Origin: a virus
Reading direction: 5' to 3' (one strand)
IMG/VR virus record: IMGVR_UViG_3300025674_000019
Location: 1-64,000 of that record
DNA length: 64,000 nt
How positions within the stretch are numbered: position 1 is the stretch's first letter; every line of letters starts with the position of its first letter. The notes beneath the pieces were generated by a model. That model was not told the DNA's origin. It did not search any database and saw only the letters and a program-made list of their open reading frames with translations. Below are positions 1 to 8,930 of the stretch, one piece after another. A program made the position numbers and the translations under genes.

Positions 1-390
1 CTGAAGGGCCTCTGGAAGAGCGTCCAACTCCGCTGGGCTAAGGCTCAGCCCGAAGGGTCGGCGGCCCGCGCTCTCGCAGCTCAGCTGCAGGGGCACATCG
101 AGAACGGCAGGGTCTCTGCTTCGGCGGAGACGTTGGCCCTGATCGATGAGCTCCGAGCTGAGGCGGCCGGGGCCGAGAAGCGCGAAGCTAAGGCTGCGGC
201 CAAAGCTAAGCGCTCCGCTGAGCAGCAGGCGGAGAGAGACTGGAAGATTCTCTACGCCCGTCTAGCTCAAGCGGGTAAGTCCCCCGCGTTTCGAGCCAAG
301 CGACGAGAGATCGTGGCTCTGATGAAGAGCCGCCAGCCTCTTGTAGAGCGCTGCGAAGCCGCACGCGCTGTCCTTGGTGACAGCGAGTGA
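1..390 (+). CDS. hypothetical protein, 5'-truncated
   Basis: Frame is open from base 1 to TGA at 390; Ala/Arg/Lys-rich and helical; GC-rich codons. Confidence 0.6.
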   Translation: MKGLWKSVQLRWAKAQPEGSAARALAAQLQGHIENGRVSASAETLALIDELRAEAAGAEKREAKAAAKAKRSAEQQAERDWKILYARLAQAGKSPAFRAKRREIVALMKSRQPLVERCEAARAVLGDSE

Positions 391-486
391 GGCGGCCAAC
401 CCGCCCCTGGGAAGAGAGCATCTTCTCTTATCAATGGGGAAGATCTGGCAAGCCCCCTAGGCCAAGAAAGCGCTAGAGGGTATTAT

Positions 487-574
487 ACCTGCAGCAGTAT
501 CCAGCCTAACGATTCCCCTGAGAGGGTTTCAGGCTGAGGCTAAAGCTATAGCTGCTGCGGGTTATTTTTTAGCT
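487..574 (+). terminator. long stem-loop followed by T6-AGCT
   Basis: ACCTGCAGCAG (487-497) pairs with CTGCTGCGGGT (552-562), followed by TTTTTTAGCT (565-574). Confidence 0.55.
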
Positions 575-930
575 ATCTCCATCCACTCCAAGTACACCTT
601 GTAGTTGGTAGAGCCCCTCATGTCGGTAACTTCTTTTTTACCTAGCACAATGCTGCCCTCTACTCCCCTCGCAAGAATATTCTCGTACTCTGGGCAGCCA
701 TCAGGTCCGATTATAAAGACTCTGGCTCTAGGGATAAGGGTCGTTTTTTTAGCTGACTTTCCTAGAGCCTTCATCGAATGAGGAGTATGGGCGCTAAAAA
801 TAGGGTTAGCTTCAGGATTAAACCCGGGAGGCGGGTCTTTTATCTCTGGGAAAATAACAGGATCAGAAGCTGGTCGAGTTCTCTGCTCATGGCTAGAGCG
901 TGATAGCTCTCCTATAAAGTCTTCGCTCAT
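562..930 (-). CDS. hypothetical phage protein downstream of portal
   Basis: 122 aa ORF coupled to the portal stop (ATGA overlap). Confidence 0.65.
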   Translation of the reverse strand: MSEDFIGELSRSSHEQRTRPASDPVIFPEIKDPPPGFNPEANPIFSAHTPHSMKALGKSAKKTTLIPRARVFIIGPDGCPEYENILARGVEGSIVLGKKEVTDMRGSTNYKVYLEWMEIAKK

Positions 931-2645
931 CGAGGCGCACCTTGCTGTCTACTCTGGTCAAGCCGAAGCTGTTCCATACGTTGTATAACCACACTATACA
1001 TGACATAGTCTTCTGCTTGTAGTGCGCTAAGCTGCGATCTACGAGTTCCGTCGTCCATATTAAGGAACTCCATCGCTAACCCTTCAGCCTGAGCAATAAC
1101 TGCTTGCTGATCGTAGTTAAGTCCAGGTGGCTGTCCCTGTTGCGCCATAGACTTAGCCTGCTGGGCCAGATCTTGCTGCAGCTTCTCCATCTCAATCTGA
1201 ATCTCTTGCTGCATGCGAGCGTCTGTAATCATCTCGTTCTTAACGCGCTCTTGCTCCTCCGGGAGGTCAATAGAGTGTGTCTCAGCCACAGTCGTTTTGC
1301 TGACCACCTGCTGACCGAACAGCTGCATGATAAGCTGCTTCTGCTGAATATCATCAACCATCTTAAAGTCGCCAAGCTCCACTTCTACCTCGGGCCAGCC
1401 CATGTAGAGACCCAGGCTATCAGCTACCCATTTAAGGAGTCGATTTATCTGGAATACAGAGCTTTCTAGCTGGTTCTCGAGCATCCTGAGAGTGACGCTA
1501 GAGCCGGTAAAGCTAAGCCCTCCATATACAAACTCCTTAGGGAAGCCCATAGATGCAATGATGTTATCTTCAGCTCTTTGAATCTCTGAATCAACCATCA
1601 GAGCGCGGCCTTCGCCTCCCACTTGCTGAACACTCACAGCGATGGGCGACATCATTATGTGGTTAGGGTCCTTGCGCCACTCCTCTAGGTTATTCTCTAA
1701 GTCATCCATAAACGAAGAGATACTAATAGTAGTAATCGGGTCAGCTGCTCCAGAAGTAGCGGCGGGGCTCATTACCCTCATAGGTACAATACGCTCTAGC
1801 GCGATAGCCTCGTTAGCTTTGCGAAGAACCATAGTATGGTGAAACAATGGGATAGCCGCTGTCAAAAGAGGGTAGCCCCATCCGCTCTTAACTCCAGCAG
1901 GAGCGTCTGCTCTCATGTGGAAGATCTTGTTTCTACCGAATTTGTAGAGATCTTGTCCGCCGCTCTTGCAAGCCTCTAGTATGCTAATAGGAGTAGTCTC
2001 AATAACATGCCTGTTACCGGATTGGATTTTAGACTTAATATTATGAGGAATCTTAAGGTAGTACTCGCTCTCGTTAGTGAGCTCGTTATGTGAGATGCTA
2101 ATAGCCTTCGGGTCCCATCGTATTACATGCACTCTACGAGGGTCTACAATAAGCTTATCTTTTACAGTAGCAATGCCTTTAGTTCCGCAGTTATCGCACT
2201 CCATACTGAATGAAGTCTTAGAGACGTCGAACTTGTACTTAGCGTGATCTACCGAGTAGCTAGAGCTACAGTTGTTGCAGATTAAGTACCTTTTGAATGG
2301 TAAGTGCACAGAGCAGAAGCTATTACCGTAAACGTGCAGGTCAATGCTGGCCTGAATGAGCACGTTCTTAATGCCTACTGCTTCCTCTAGCGCTTGCTTA
2401 TACTGTGATCTTAGCTGGTCGCTATCTGTAGAGTAACTAATCTCAGTAATAGGGTACTCTGCGTACTTGCGGACTCCGGCAAATATTTGGGCAGAGTTGT
2501 AGTACAAGTACTCAGTCCACCGAAAGAGTTGCTTTAGGTTCTTCGGAGCGAAATCATGCGCCCAAAGTCTAGTCGGATCCCCATAGGGTCCTCCTGCGTA
2601 TCCTACAGATCCTATGTCTGTAAGTAGGTCTTGCATCCCCTGCAT
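927..2645 (-). CDS. portal protein with inserted CxxC...CxxC motif
   Basis: 572 aa; LHVYGNSF, IFHMR..(P)..GWGYP and 'IIASMGFP..F..G' segments typical of large-phage portals; Gln-rich coiled C-terminus; GGAG RBS. Confidence 0.7.
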   Translation of the reverse strand: MQGMQDLLTDIGSVGYAGGPYGDPTRLWAHDFAPKNLKQLFRWTEYLYYNSAQIFAGVRKYAEYPITEISYSTDSDQLRSQYKQALEEAVGIKNVLIQASIDLHVYGNSFCSVHLPFKRYLICNNCSSSYSVDHAKYKFDVSKTSFSMECDNCGTKGIATVKDKLIVDPRRVHVIRWDPKAISISHNELTNESEYYLKIPHNIKSKIQSGNRHVIETTPISILEACKSGGQDLYKFGRNKIFHMRADAPAGVKSGWGYPLLTAAIPLFHHTMVLRKANEAIALERIVPMRVMSPAATSGAADPITTISISSFMDDLENNLEEWRKDPNHIMMSPIAVSVQQVGGEGRALMVDSEIQRAEDNIIASMGFPKEFVYGGLSFTGSSVTLRMLENQLESSVFQINRLLKWVADSLGLYMGWPEVEVELGDFKMVDDIQQKQLIMQLFGQQVVSKTTVAETHSIDLPEEQERVKNEMITDARMQQEIQIEMEKLQQDLAQQAKSMAQQGQPPGLNYDQQAVIAQAEGLAMEFLNMDDGTRRSQLSALQAEDYVMYSVVIQRMEQLRLDQSRQQGAPR

Positions 2646-2676
2646 GATTACTCCATATGGTGGTATAAGGTTATGT

Positions 2677-4542
2677 ATGATTACTTTAAATTTTACCCGT
2701 ACTAAATCAGGTATAGACCTGTTCTGGTGCTCTGGCGCCAGATACGATTCTACCTTAAGTAGGGTCTATGGCTCTAAGTTTAGCTCTGGAAACTGGCTCT
2801 TTCCAGCCTTCTCTCCCTTTTACGAGTGGGTGCTAGAAGACCTTACTACAGTGGTAGGGGAGAAGCTAGAAATCTCTGCTGAAGCGCAGACGCACATAGA
2901 TGCGCAAAAAGAGAGAGAAGATAAAGTGCGAAAGGGAGACCTGTTCGGCTTTACTCCTAGGTTTAAACCTTATGCTCACCAGGCTGAAGGCCTATCTCGG
3001 ATCATTTACCAGCCTAGGACCGCTATATTCTGGGACCCCGGGATGGGAAAGACCAAGCTTATGTGCGACCGCATACTATACGAGCGGTCTAAAAACCCTA
3101 ATGCTCGCGCGCTCATCCTGGCCCTAAGAGTAAACCTCTCTACATGGGTAAAAGAGATGAAGACCCACAGCCAGGGCAAGGAAGAAATACTTCCACTCAT
3201 AGCCAGCTCTCCAGCTCAAAGAGAGAAGCGTTTTAACAAGCTACTAGATAAAAATCCTGCAGGCATAGTAGTAACTTACGAGTCTGCCCGAGTGTCCGTG
3301 CCGCTGCTAAAGCGCTTTGGCTATTCTATCATCATAGCTGATGAATGCCACAAGATGCAGAGCCACCGGAGCAAGCTTACTGTAGCCGCGCTAGAGCTAG
3401 CTGCAAAAGCCACTTACAGGTATATTCTTAGCGGAACACCTACGAAGGGTAAGCCGACAGACATCTGGGCAAGCTTAAAGTTCCTAGGAGACTTCTTGGT
3501 TCCAAAGTACTGGGACTTTGATACTCTCTACGTAATGAGAGCTCATTGGAACAGGCATGTCATCACTGGGTATAAGAACCTAGACAAGCTTAATGAGTTA
3601 GTAGAGAACATTGCCGATGTTCGAACTTCAGAAGAAGCTCTAGATCTTCCTGATAGGACCTTTCAGGTAATAGACGTAGAAGCTAGCCCATCCCTTCGTA
3701 AGGCCTACAACTCCATAGCTAAAGCTGATGAGTTTGTAATACTTGAAGGTAAGAAACTAATGGTAGAAAACCATCTTACCAAGCTTGGGAAGCTATCTCA
3801 GGCAAGCTCAGGGTTTGTGTACAGGAGCTTAGAGGACCCAACAATATGCGACGGCTGTCCTCACATGCAAAGGTGCGTAGACGAAGCTATCCAACCGTAC
3901 ACTTCTAAGTGCCAAGTGGAGAAGCGCTCCCCTGGTAAGGAAACAATTAAGATTACACGTGGAGGAGCTGTAGTAGACAGCTGTATGGAGCTGCTAGCTA
4001 GCCATGTGGAGAGCGGTAAGAAAGTTATACTATGGGCTAAGCACAGAGAAATGCTAGATAGTCTATACACAGAATCTTGCTCTCTACTCGGAGAAGAGGC
4101 TGTCGTAAGGTACGATTCTACAACAGCTAATCCGGGAGAAGCGGAGGAGAAGTTCAACACTGACTCAGGCAAGAAAGTTATAGTAGCCCAGATAACAATG
4201 GGTATAGGTGTTACTTTCAAGGCACCCATAATGATCTACACTGAGCTAAGCTTTAACCTAGCTGACTGGCTTCAGAGTCTGGATCGCAACTGGGGTATAC
4301 GTGCCAAAGGGCTGGGTAACATACTCGTACAGGTCTTGACTATACCCGGTAGTATCTATGCCCAGACATATAATCTGCTTCAGAACAAAGTAGATGTGGC
4401 AAGCCTCATAAAAGATAAGCCTAGCTGCTCTACCTGCCCCAAAGTGCTTGACTGTATTGCGGGAGGAGTACAACCCTACGACAAGGACTGCATCCTGGAT
4501 AAAGCAGTCCCGGTGTCTAAGATCAAGATAGGAACGATATGA
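2677..4542 (+). CDS. SNF2-family (SF2) helicase/ATPase
   Basis: Q-motif PYAHQ, DPGMGKT, DECH, LSGTP; start reassigned to ATG 2677; two Cys clusters. Confidence 0.85.
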   Translation: MITLNFTRTKSGIDLFWCSGARYDSTLSRVYGSKFSSGNWLFPAFSPFYEWVLEDLTTVVGEKLEISAEAQTHIDAQKEREDKVRKGDLFGFTPRFKPYAHQAEGLSRIIYQPRTAIFWDPGMGKTKLMCDRILYERSKNPNARALILALRVNLSTWVKEMKTHSQGKEEILPLIASSPAQREKRFNKLLDKNPAGIVVTYESARVSVPLLKRFGYSIIIADECHKMQSHRSKLTVAALELAAKATYRYILSGTPTKGKPTDIWASLKFLGDFLVPKYWDFDTLYVMRAHWNRHVITGYKNLDKLNELVENIADVRTSEEALDLPDRTFQVIDVEASPSLRKAYNSIAKADEFVILEGKKLMVENHLTKLGKLSQASSGFVYRSLEDPTICDGCPHMQRCVDEAIQPYTSKCQVEKRSPGKETIKITRGGAVVDSCMELLASHVESGKKVILWAKHREMLDSLYTESCSLLGEEAVVRYDSTTANPGEAEEKFNTDSGKKVIVAQITMGIGVTFKAPIMIYTELSFNLADWLQSLDRNWGIRAKGLGNILVQVLTIPGSIYAQTYNLLQNKVDVASLIKDKPSCSTCPKVLDCIAGGVQPYDKDCILDKAVPVSKIKIGTI

Positions 4543-5339
4543 CCAACATCGTTGTTACGTCTGTCAACTCAGAAGAGTTTGACTCTATTAAATCCCCTAA
4601 ACTACCTAGGGGCTACCTAAGCGCATCTCAAATTCAAAAGTATCTCATGTGCCCTGAGGACTACAGGCTGACCTACATCGAGGGACGCAAGTTCAAGCCT
4701 AACTCTAAAATGGTTCGAGGCTCCTCTGTTCATAAGATGGTAGAAAAGTCTCTCCTTATGCTCAAGGGTAAGGGAGTAGTTCCGGAGGAAGAGGAGGTCC
4801 TAGATCTTTCTAGGGGCATAGTAGAAGGAGTCTTACAGAGCCAGGAGACAAGCGAAGAAGTAGACATGGAGGAGCTTGTAGACTCTTCGCAAAAATCTTT
4901 CAGAGCCTGGTATAAGGAAAGGATACATTCTGTTGTACCTATCTCGGTAGAGCAGGAAGTACTCGCTACTATTAATGATGTTCCCGTTAGAGGGTTCATC
5001 GACTACATAGACGGTGCCGGAGGCTCCCCGACCGTAGTAGATCTTAAAGTAGGCAATAAGAAGAGAGACCCTTGTAACTCTCTTCAGCTCGGTTTATACA
5101 GCCTGATGACGGACATCAAGTCCGTCGCATATGACACTATCCTACAGCCCACTAAAAAGCTGCCTTGTAGGATCAATTACGAATCTGCGCAGTACGCCGA
5201 GAGGTACTCCCAGCATATAGGAAGGATCATAGAGAGGGTTAATGAAGGAATCACTTCAGGATACTTCCCGCTATGCCTTCCAGACAACTGGGCCTGCAGC
5301 CCGGCGTACTGCTCACACTACGAAAGGTGCAGAGGATGA
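4539..5339 (+). CDS. PD-(D/E)XK RecB/Cas4-like exonuclease
   Basis: LSASQIQKYLMCP, GSSVH, RGFIDYID, VVDLKVG, QLGLY, C-terminal Cys cluster. Confidence 0.8.
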   Translation: MTNIVVTSVNSEEFDSIKSPKLPRGYLSASQIQKYLMCPEDYRLTYIEGRKFKPNSKMVRGSSVHKMVEKSLLMLKGKGVVPEEEEVLDLSRGIVEGVLQSQETSEEVDMEELVDSSQKSFRAWYKERIHSVVPISVEQEVLATINDVPVRGFIDYIDGAGGSPTVVDLKVGNKKRDPCNSLQLGLYSLMTDIKSVAYDTILQPTKKLPCRINYESAQYAERYSQHIGRIIERVNEGITSGYFPLCLPDNWACSPAYCSHYERCRG

Positions 5340-6493
5340 GTCGTTCTCTCGTATCCGGTAATATTACTTTCCTCGATATTGAGGAGATCTACGGCCCTCC
5401 AAGCAACAATCCTCGTCAGACATACTCTGAAGAAGGCATGGAGGAGCTTATTAACAGCCTTAAGGCTCAAGGGCAGCTACGCCCAGTAGTAGGACGCATT
5501 CGATGCGAGCACGATCCTGCAGACTCTGAGGGTTTCGCGGTTGTCCTTGAAGACGGCCACTCTCGCTTGGAGGCGCGTCGCCAGGGTAACTACGACAGAG
5601 ACGGAAAGAACATCCGTCGAGAGGACATCAAGGTCCTCATTGCGCCCTCCATCGAGATGCGCGCGCAGGAGCTGTTCGATGAAAAGTTCCCAGACGGTAT
5701 TGACGATGTAGAGGAGCTTAGCCGGCAGCTCTCCTTCTGTGTGGAGGAGATTAAGAGCTCCATCGCCAGAGAGTCTCACGCGGTAAATACTATCCGAGAG
5801 AAGTGGGACGTCTACGGTGAGGCAGTAAGCCTTGACGCTCAAATTAAGATGCAAGAGGTCCTAAGCCCAGACCTAAGCCGAGACGAACTGATGCAGAAGG
5901 TCGCAGACGCTAATGGTACGCGGGTAGACACCCTGCGTATTCGTCTAAGTCTTCTAGACGAGGCTAAGACGCCTAAGGACATTCAGAGCGCGCTAAAGAA
6001 GGGCGAGCTGAGCCAGTCACAGGCTCTCGTGCTGCGACGGGTTAGCGACGAAGAGACTCGTAAAGACCTCACTGATCGCACCTATACAGATGACCTCTCA
6101 GTCGCAGCCCTTAATAAAGAGATTAAGAAGCTCGAAAAGAAGGCTGAGGCAGAGGGCAAAGACCCTGTAGTAACAGGCAAGCGTAAGAGCCGTAAGAAGC
6201 AGGACTCTTCACTTAGAGACGAAGAGATGCTCCTCGCGGCCATCTCTGATCTGCAAGGAGTGCTTGAGGCCACTGACCCGGACTCTGAACCTGATGAGTA
6301 TGAGCGCACTATCGGCGCTATTGCTGCTCTCCAGTGGGTTCTTACACCGGAGTCAGAGGAAGATATCCACCTGGTAATCTCTTCTACAGCGGAGAAGATT
6401 TACGCAGAGGACCCAGAAGAGGACCCAGAAGAGGGCTCGGAGCAGGCTGAGGACTCTCAGGTAGAGGCACCTGAGGACGACTCATCTGAGTAA
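5336..6493 (+). CDS. ParB/Srx-like N-terminal domain protein with acidic tail
   Basis: NNPRQ, LINSLKAQGQLRPVV, DGHSRLEA; HTH-like region; start ATG 5336 overlaps the upstream stop. Confidence 0.7.
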   Translation: MSRSLVSGNITFLDIEEIYGPPSNNPRQTYSEEGMEELINSLKAQGQLRPVVGRIRCEHDPADSEGFAVVLEDGHSRLEARRQGNYDRDGKNIRREDIKVLIAPSIEMRAQELFDEKFPDGIDDVEELSRQLSFCVEEIKSSIARESHAVNTIREKWDVYGEAVSLDAQIKMQEVLSPDLSRDELMQKVADANGTRVDTLRIRLSLLDEAKTPKDIQSALKKGELSQSQALVLRRVSDEETRKDLTDRTYTDDLSVAALNKEIKKLEKKAEAEGKDPVVTGKRKSRKKQDSSLRDEEMLLAAISDLQGVLEATDPDSEPDEYERTIGAIAALQWVLTPESEEDIHLVISSTAEKIYAEDPEEDPEEGSEQAEDSQVEAPEDDSSE

Positions 6494-7191
6494 TACTTAG
6501 ACCACTTCTCTAACTTAGAGCGAGCTACCTCCTTAACCTGGCGTACTCGCTCTGAGCTGAGCCGTAGGTCTCGGCCTATAGACTTTAAGGACTCCTCCTT
6601 GCCAGTCTTTATGCCGAAAGAGCGCTCTATTACAATGCGCTCCCTATTGGTCAAGAACCTAAGTAGGGTATCGGTTTGGAGCTTAAGGAGAGCCTTCTGC
6701 TCCTGACTCTCTACCTCGGTCTCAGGGCCATCTATTGTCGAAGACATATTCACGTCTTCTAAGGTCTTAATGTAGACCAGGCTGTCCGGGGAAGATTTCA
6801 ACTCCTCGGTAAGCTTAGCTTTTCTGCGGGACTTTATAGGAGGCTTCACAATCTTGGAGTCTTCTACGGCGTACTTTCTGATGTACATCAGAATCCAGTA
6901 CCCGGCATACGTGCTGAACTTGACGTCTTTCTCAGGCTTGAACTTTGGTAAAGCTCGAATAAGTCCTTCATTTCCAGCACTTATGAGTTCCTTTAAGGTC
7001 TCTGGATTATTATCTTTCCAGTAACCTTTGGCTATGCTAAAACATAGCCTCAGGCAGCCCTCCACAAGTCGGTGGCCTGCTGAAGAATCCCCACTCTCAT
7101 ACCGGCGAAAGAGAACTCCTTCCTGCTCCTTTGTTAGTAAAACAACGTGGGACAGGTCCCGATAGTACTCTTCCAGTATGAAATCATCCAT
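6457..7191 (-). CDS. sigma-70 family RNA polymerase sigma factor (RpoD/RpoS-like regions 1.2, 2 and 4)
   Basis: LLTKEQE, ELISAGNEGLIRA..KF.P.K..KFSTYAGYWI, LTNRERIVIERSFG, SLKSIG..L.LSSERVRQV; start at ATG 7191 with GAGG RBS. Confidence 0.9.
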   Translation of the reverse strand: MDDFILEEYYRDLSHVVLLTKEQEGVLFRRYESGDSSAGHRLVEGCLRLCFSIAKGYWKDNNPETLKELISAGNEGLIRALPKFKPEKDVKFSTYAGYWILMYIRKYAVEDSKIVKPPIKSRRKAKLTEELKSSPDSLVYIKTLEDVNMSSTIDGPETEVESQEQKALLKLQTDTLLRFLTNRERIVIERSFGIKTGKEESLKSIGRDLRLSSERVRQVKEVARSKLEKWSKYYSDESSSGAST

Positions 7192-7200
7192 GGAGACCTC

Positions 7201-8076
7201 GTGAGTAACGAACTTCAAAACAATGATAACAACAGCATTAGCGCTGTAAATGTCAAGACGGCTGCTCTTCTTCGTAAGATCATGCCCGCACAGCATTCAG
7301 GCCTCGGGCCTGGGATGGGGCGACCTAAGAGTCGGATTACATCCCTCGGAGAGCTCAAGCCTCGTCAGCCGAGCTCCAGAGATCCCCGAATCCCTGCAGA
7401 TTCCGCCCCCTTCGATTTGTATACTACAAGTGGAGAGTTCTGGAAAGGCTCTGAGGGTGTGCCAGTAAGCATCGTGCATATTCACAGAGAGCAGGCCTAC
7501 TGGTCTCAGGATAATCAGAGGCTATGCTCCTCTATGAATGGCATGCAGGGTCGCTCCGCCCAGGGAGTTGATATTCACCCTAACGGCCCGATCCGTAGCT
7601 GTGCGGAGATCGACCAGTATGGCCGTCGGCGTGTTACATGCCCCTTCGGTAAGCCTAAGGATGCGGGTAACGGGTCCTGGTCCCGCCCCGATTGCGGCCG
7701 GATGGTCAAGGCAGTCGTAGTAGTCGGGGACTGCGAGGACCTTGTTACTATTACCTTCAAGGGTAGTAGCTTTGATACAGCCGACTCCCAGCTCATGAGC
7801 ATGCTCATGGACCAGGAGAGCCTATGGTCCCGGCAGTTCATCGTCTATACAGAAGAAGGCGCTAGGCCTACCTACTGCGTAATGAAAGTGAAGCAGGGTG
7901 CTCTCAACTCTGAGGAGAACAAGGCTATCTTCGCTAAGATCTCAGAAGAGTATAGTGCAAAGTACGAGGAGATGTGCTCCCGTATCTACACTATTAAAGA
8001 GCCGCGTGAGGCTGCTCCGGCCCAAACTGAGCCCGTTACCTCCACTCTGGATTCTGACGAAGATCCAGAGTTCTAG
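7201..8076 (+). CDS. putative single-stranded DNA-binding or annealing protein
   Basis: Lies between nucleases and primase; acidic tail ending DSDEDPEF; GTG 7201 with GGAG RBS; function inferred from context. Confidence 0.45.
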   Translation: MSNELQNNDNNSISAVNVKTAALLRKIMPAQHSGLGPGMGRPKSRITSLGELKPRQPSSRDPRIPADSAPFDLYTTSGEFWKGSEGVPVSIVHIHREQAYWSQDNQRLCSSMNGMQGRSAQGVDIHPNGPIRSCAEIDQYGRRRVTCPFGKPKDAGNGSWSRPDCGRMVKAVVVVGDCEDLVTITFKGSSFDTADSQLMSMLMDQESLWSRQFIVYTEEGARPTYCVMKVKQGALNSEENKAIFAKISEEYSAKYEEMCSRIYTIKEPREAAPAQTEPVTSTLDSDEDPEF

Positions 8077-8083
8077 AAAGGAG

Positions 8084-8106
8084 GGAGCGTGGCTCCTTTT
8101 TTTAGT
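8084..8106 (+). terminator. hairpin plus T7-AGT overlapping the start of the next gene
   Basis: GGAGC-GTG-GCTCC-TTTTTTT-AGT directly after the 8076 stop. Confidence 0.45.
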
Positions 8107-8922
8107 CCCCAGGCTAGAGCCCTCAAGCCCTGGAGCAACTCTAAGCTAAGCACTTTAGAAAAGTGCCCATATAAGTTTAATCTACAGTATGTAGAAAAAA
8201 TCAGAGAGTCCGACATACCAGAGGACCTCACCGCAAAAGTAGATAGGACAGCTACTAAGTTCGGCTCTGCTGCGCATAGGCTATCTGAGCTTGTAGCAGA
8301 GGGCAAATCCCTTGACGATGCTTTTGCTCAGACAAAAGAAGAGGAGCAGCTTACTAGGCAAGAGACAGCGCTGCTAGACACTCACAGAGACACTGCCACC
8401 ATCTTTGAAGATAGGATCACTAGATTCAAAGATAAGTACAGTATCGCTGATGATAGACAAGAAGTAGAGCTGGCCGTAAGTCCGTCCCTCACACCCTCAA
8501 GCTACTATGACTCAGGCGCCATGCTCCGGGGTAAGATAGACAGACTAATGATCTCCGAAGATGAAAAAACAGCGGTGGTCATTGATCTTAAGACGTCTAA
8601 AAGAGCTACTCTGCAATATGCGGGACCTCAATTAGACTTCTATACTACTCTAATTTTTGGCGCCTATCCAAAGGTGCAAACTGTCAAGCAGGGCTTGTAC
8701 TTCCTCACTCTAGGGCAGATGCTTTGGGCCCCCACAGCCAGAAGAATCTCCTATAAAATGGACGGTGAGAATAGTATAGTAGGGCGGGTCAACGGCGCGG
8801 TGAACGAATTCTACACTCAAGTAGTGCCTGAAATCCGAGTGCATACTCTATGTAAGTGGTGTATTTACAGGGAGATATGCAAGAAGGAGAGGAGGGCTCG
8901 TAGGGCTGCAGCAAAGGCCTAG
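8089..8922 (+). CDS. second PD-(D/E)XK RecB/Cas4-like nuclease
   Basis: WSNSKLSTLEKCP, GSAAH, RGKIDRL, VIDLKTS, QLDFY, CKWCIYREIC. Confidence 0.8.
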   Translation: MAPFFSPQARALKPWSNSKLSTLEKCPYKFNLQYVEKIRESDIPEDLTAKVDRTATKFGSAAHRLSELVAEGKSLDDAFAQTKEEEQLTRQETALLDTHRDTATIFEDRITRFKDKYSIADDRQEVELAVSPSLTPSSYYDSGAMLRGKIDRLMISEDEKTAVVIDLKTSKRATLQYAGPQLDFYTTLIFGAYPKVQTVKQGLYFLTLGQMLWAPTARRISYKMDGENSIVGRVNGAVNEFYTQVVPEIRVHTLCKWCIYREICKKERRARRAAAKA

Positions 8923-8930
8923 GAGAGAGA

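Noticed and set aside
7147-7296. Long head-to-head coding overlap between the sigma and SSB-like ORFs as given in the ORF track
   Set aside because: RBS-supported starts at 7191 (-) and 7201 (+) remove the overlap; the same applies at 2614, 5273, 17214, 23709 and 29367.
4539-8922. Cas4-like genes as evidence of a CRISPR-Cas system
   Set aside because: Solo Cas4/RecB-like nucleases are common in phage replication modules, and no other cas genes or array were seen.
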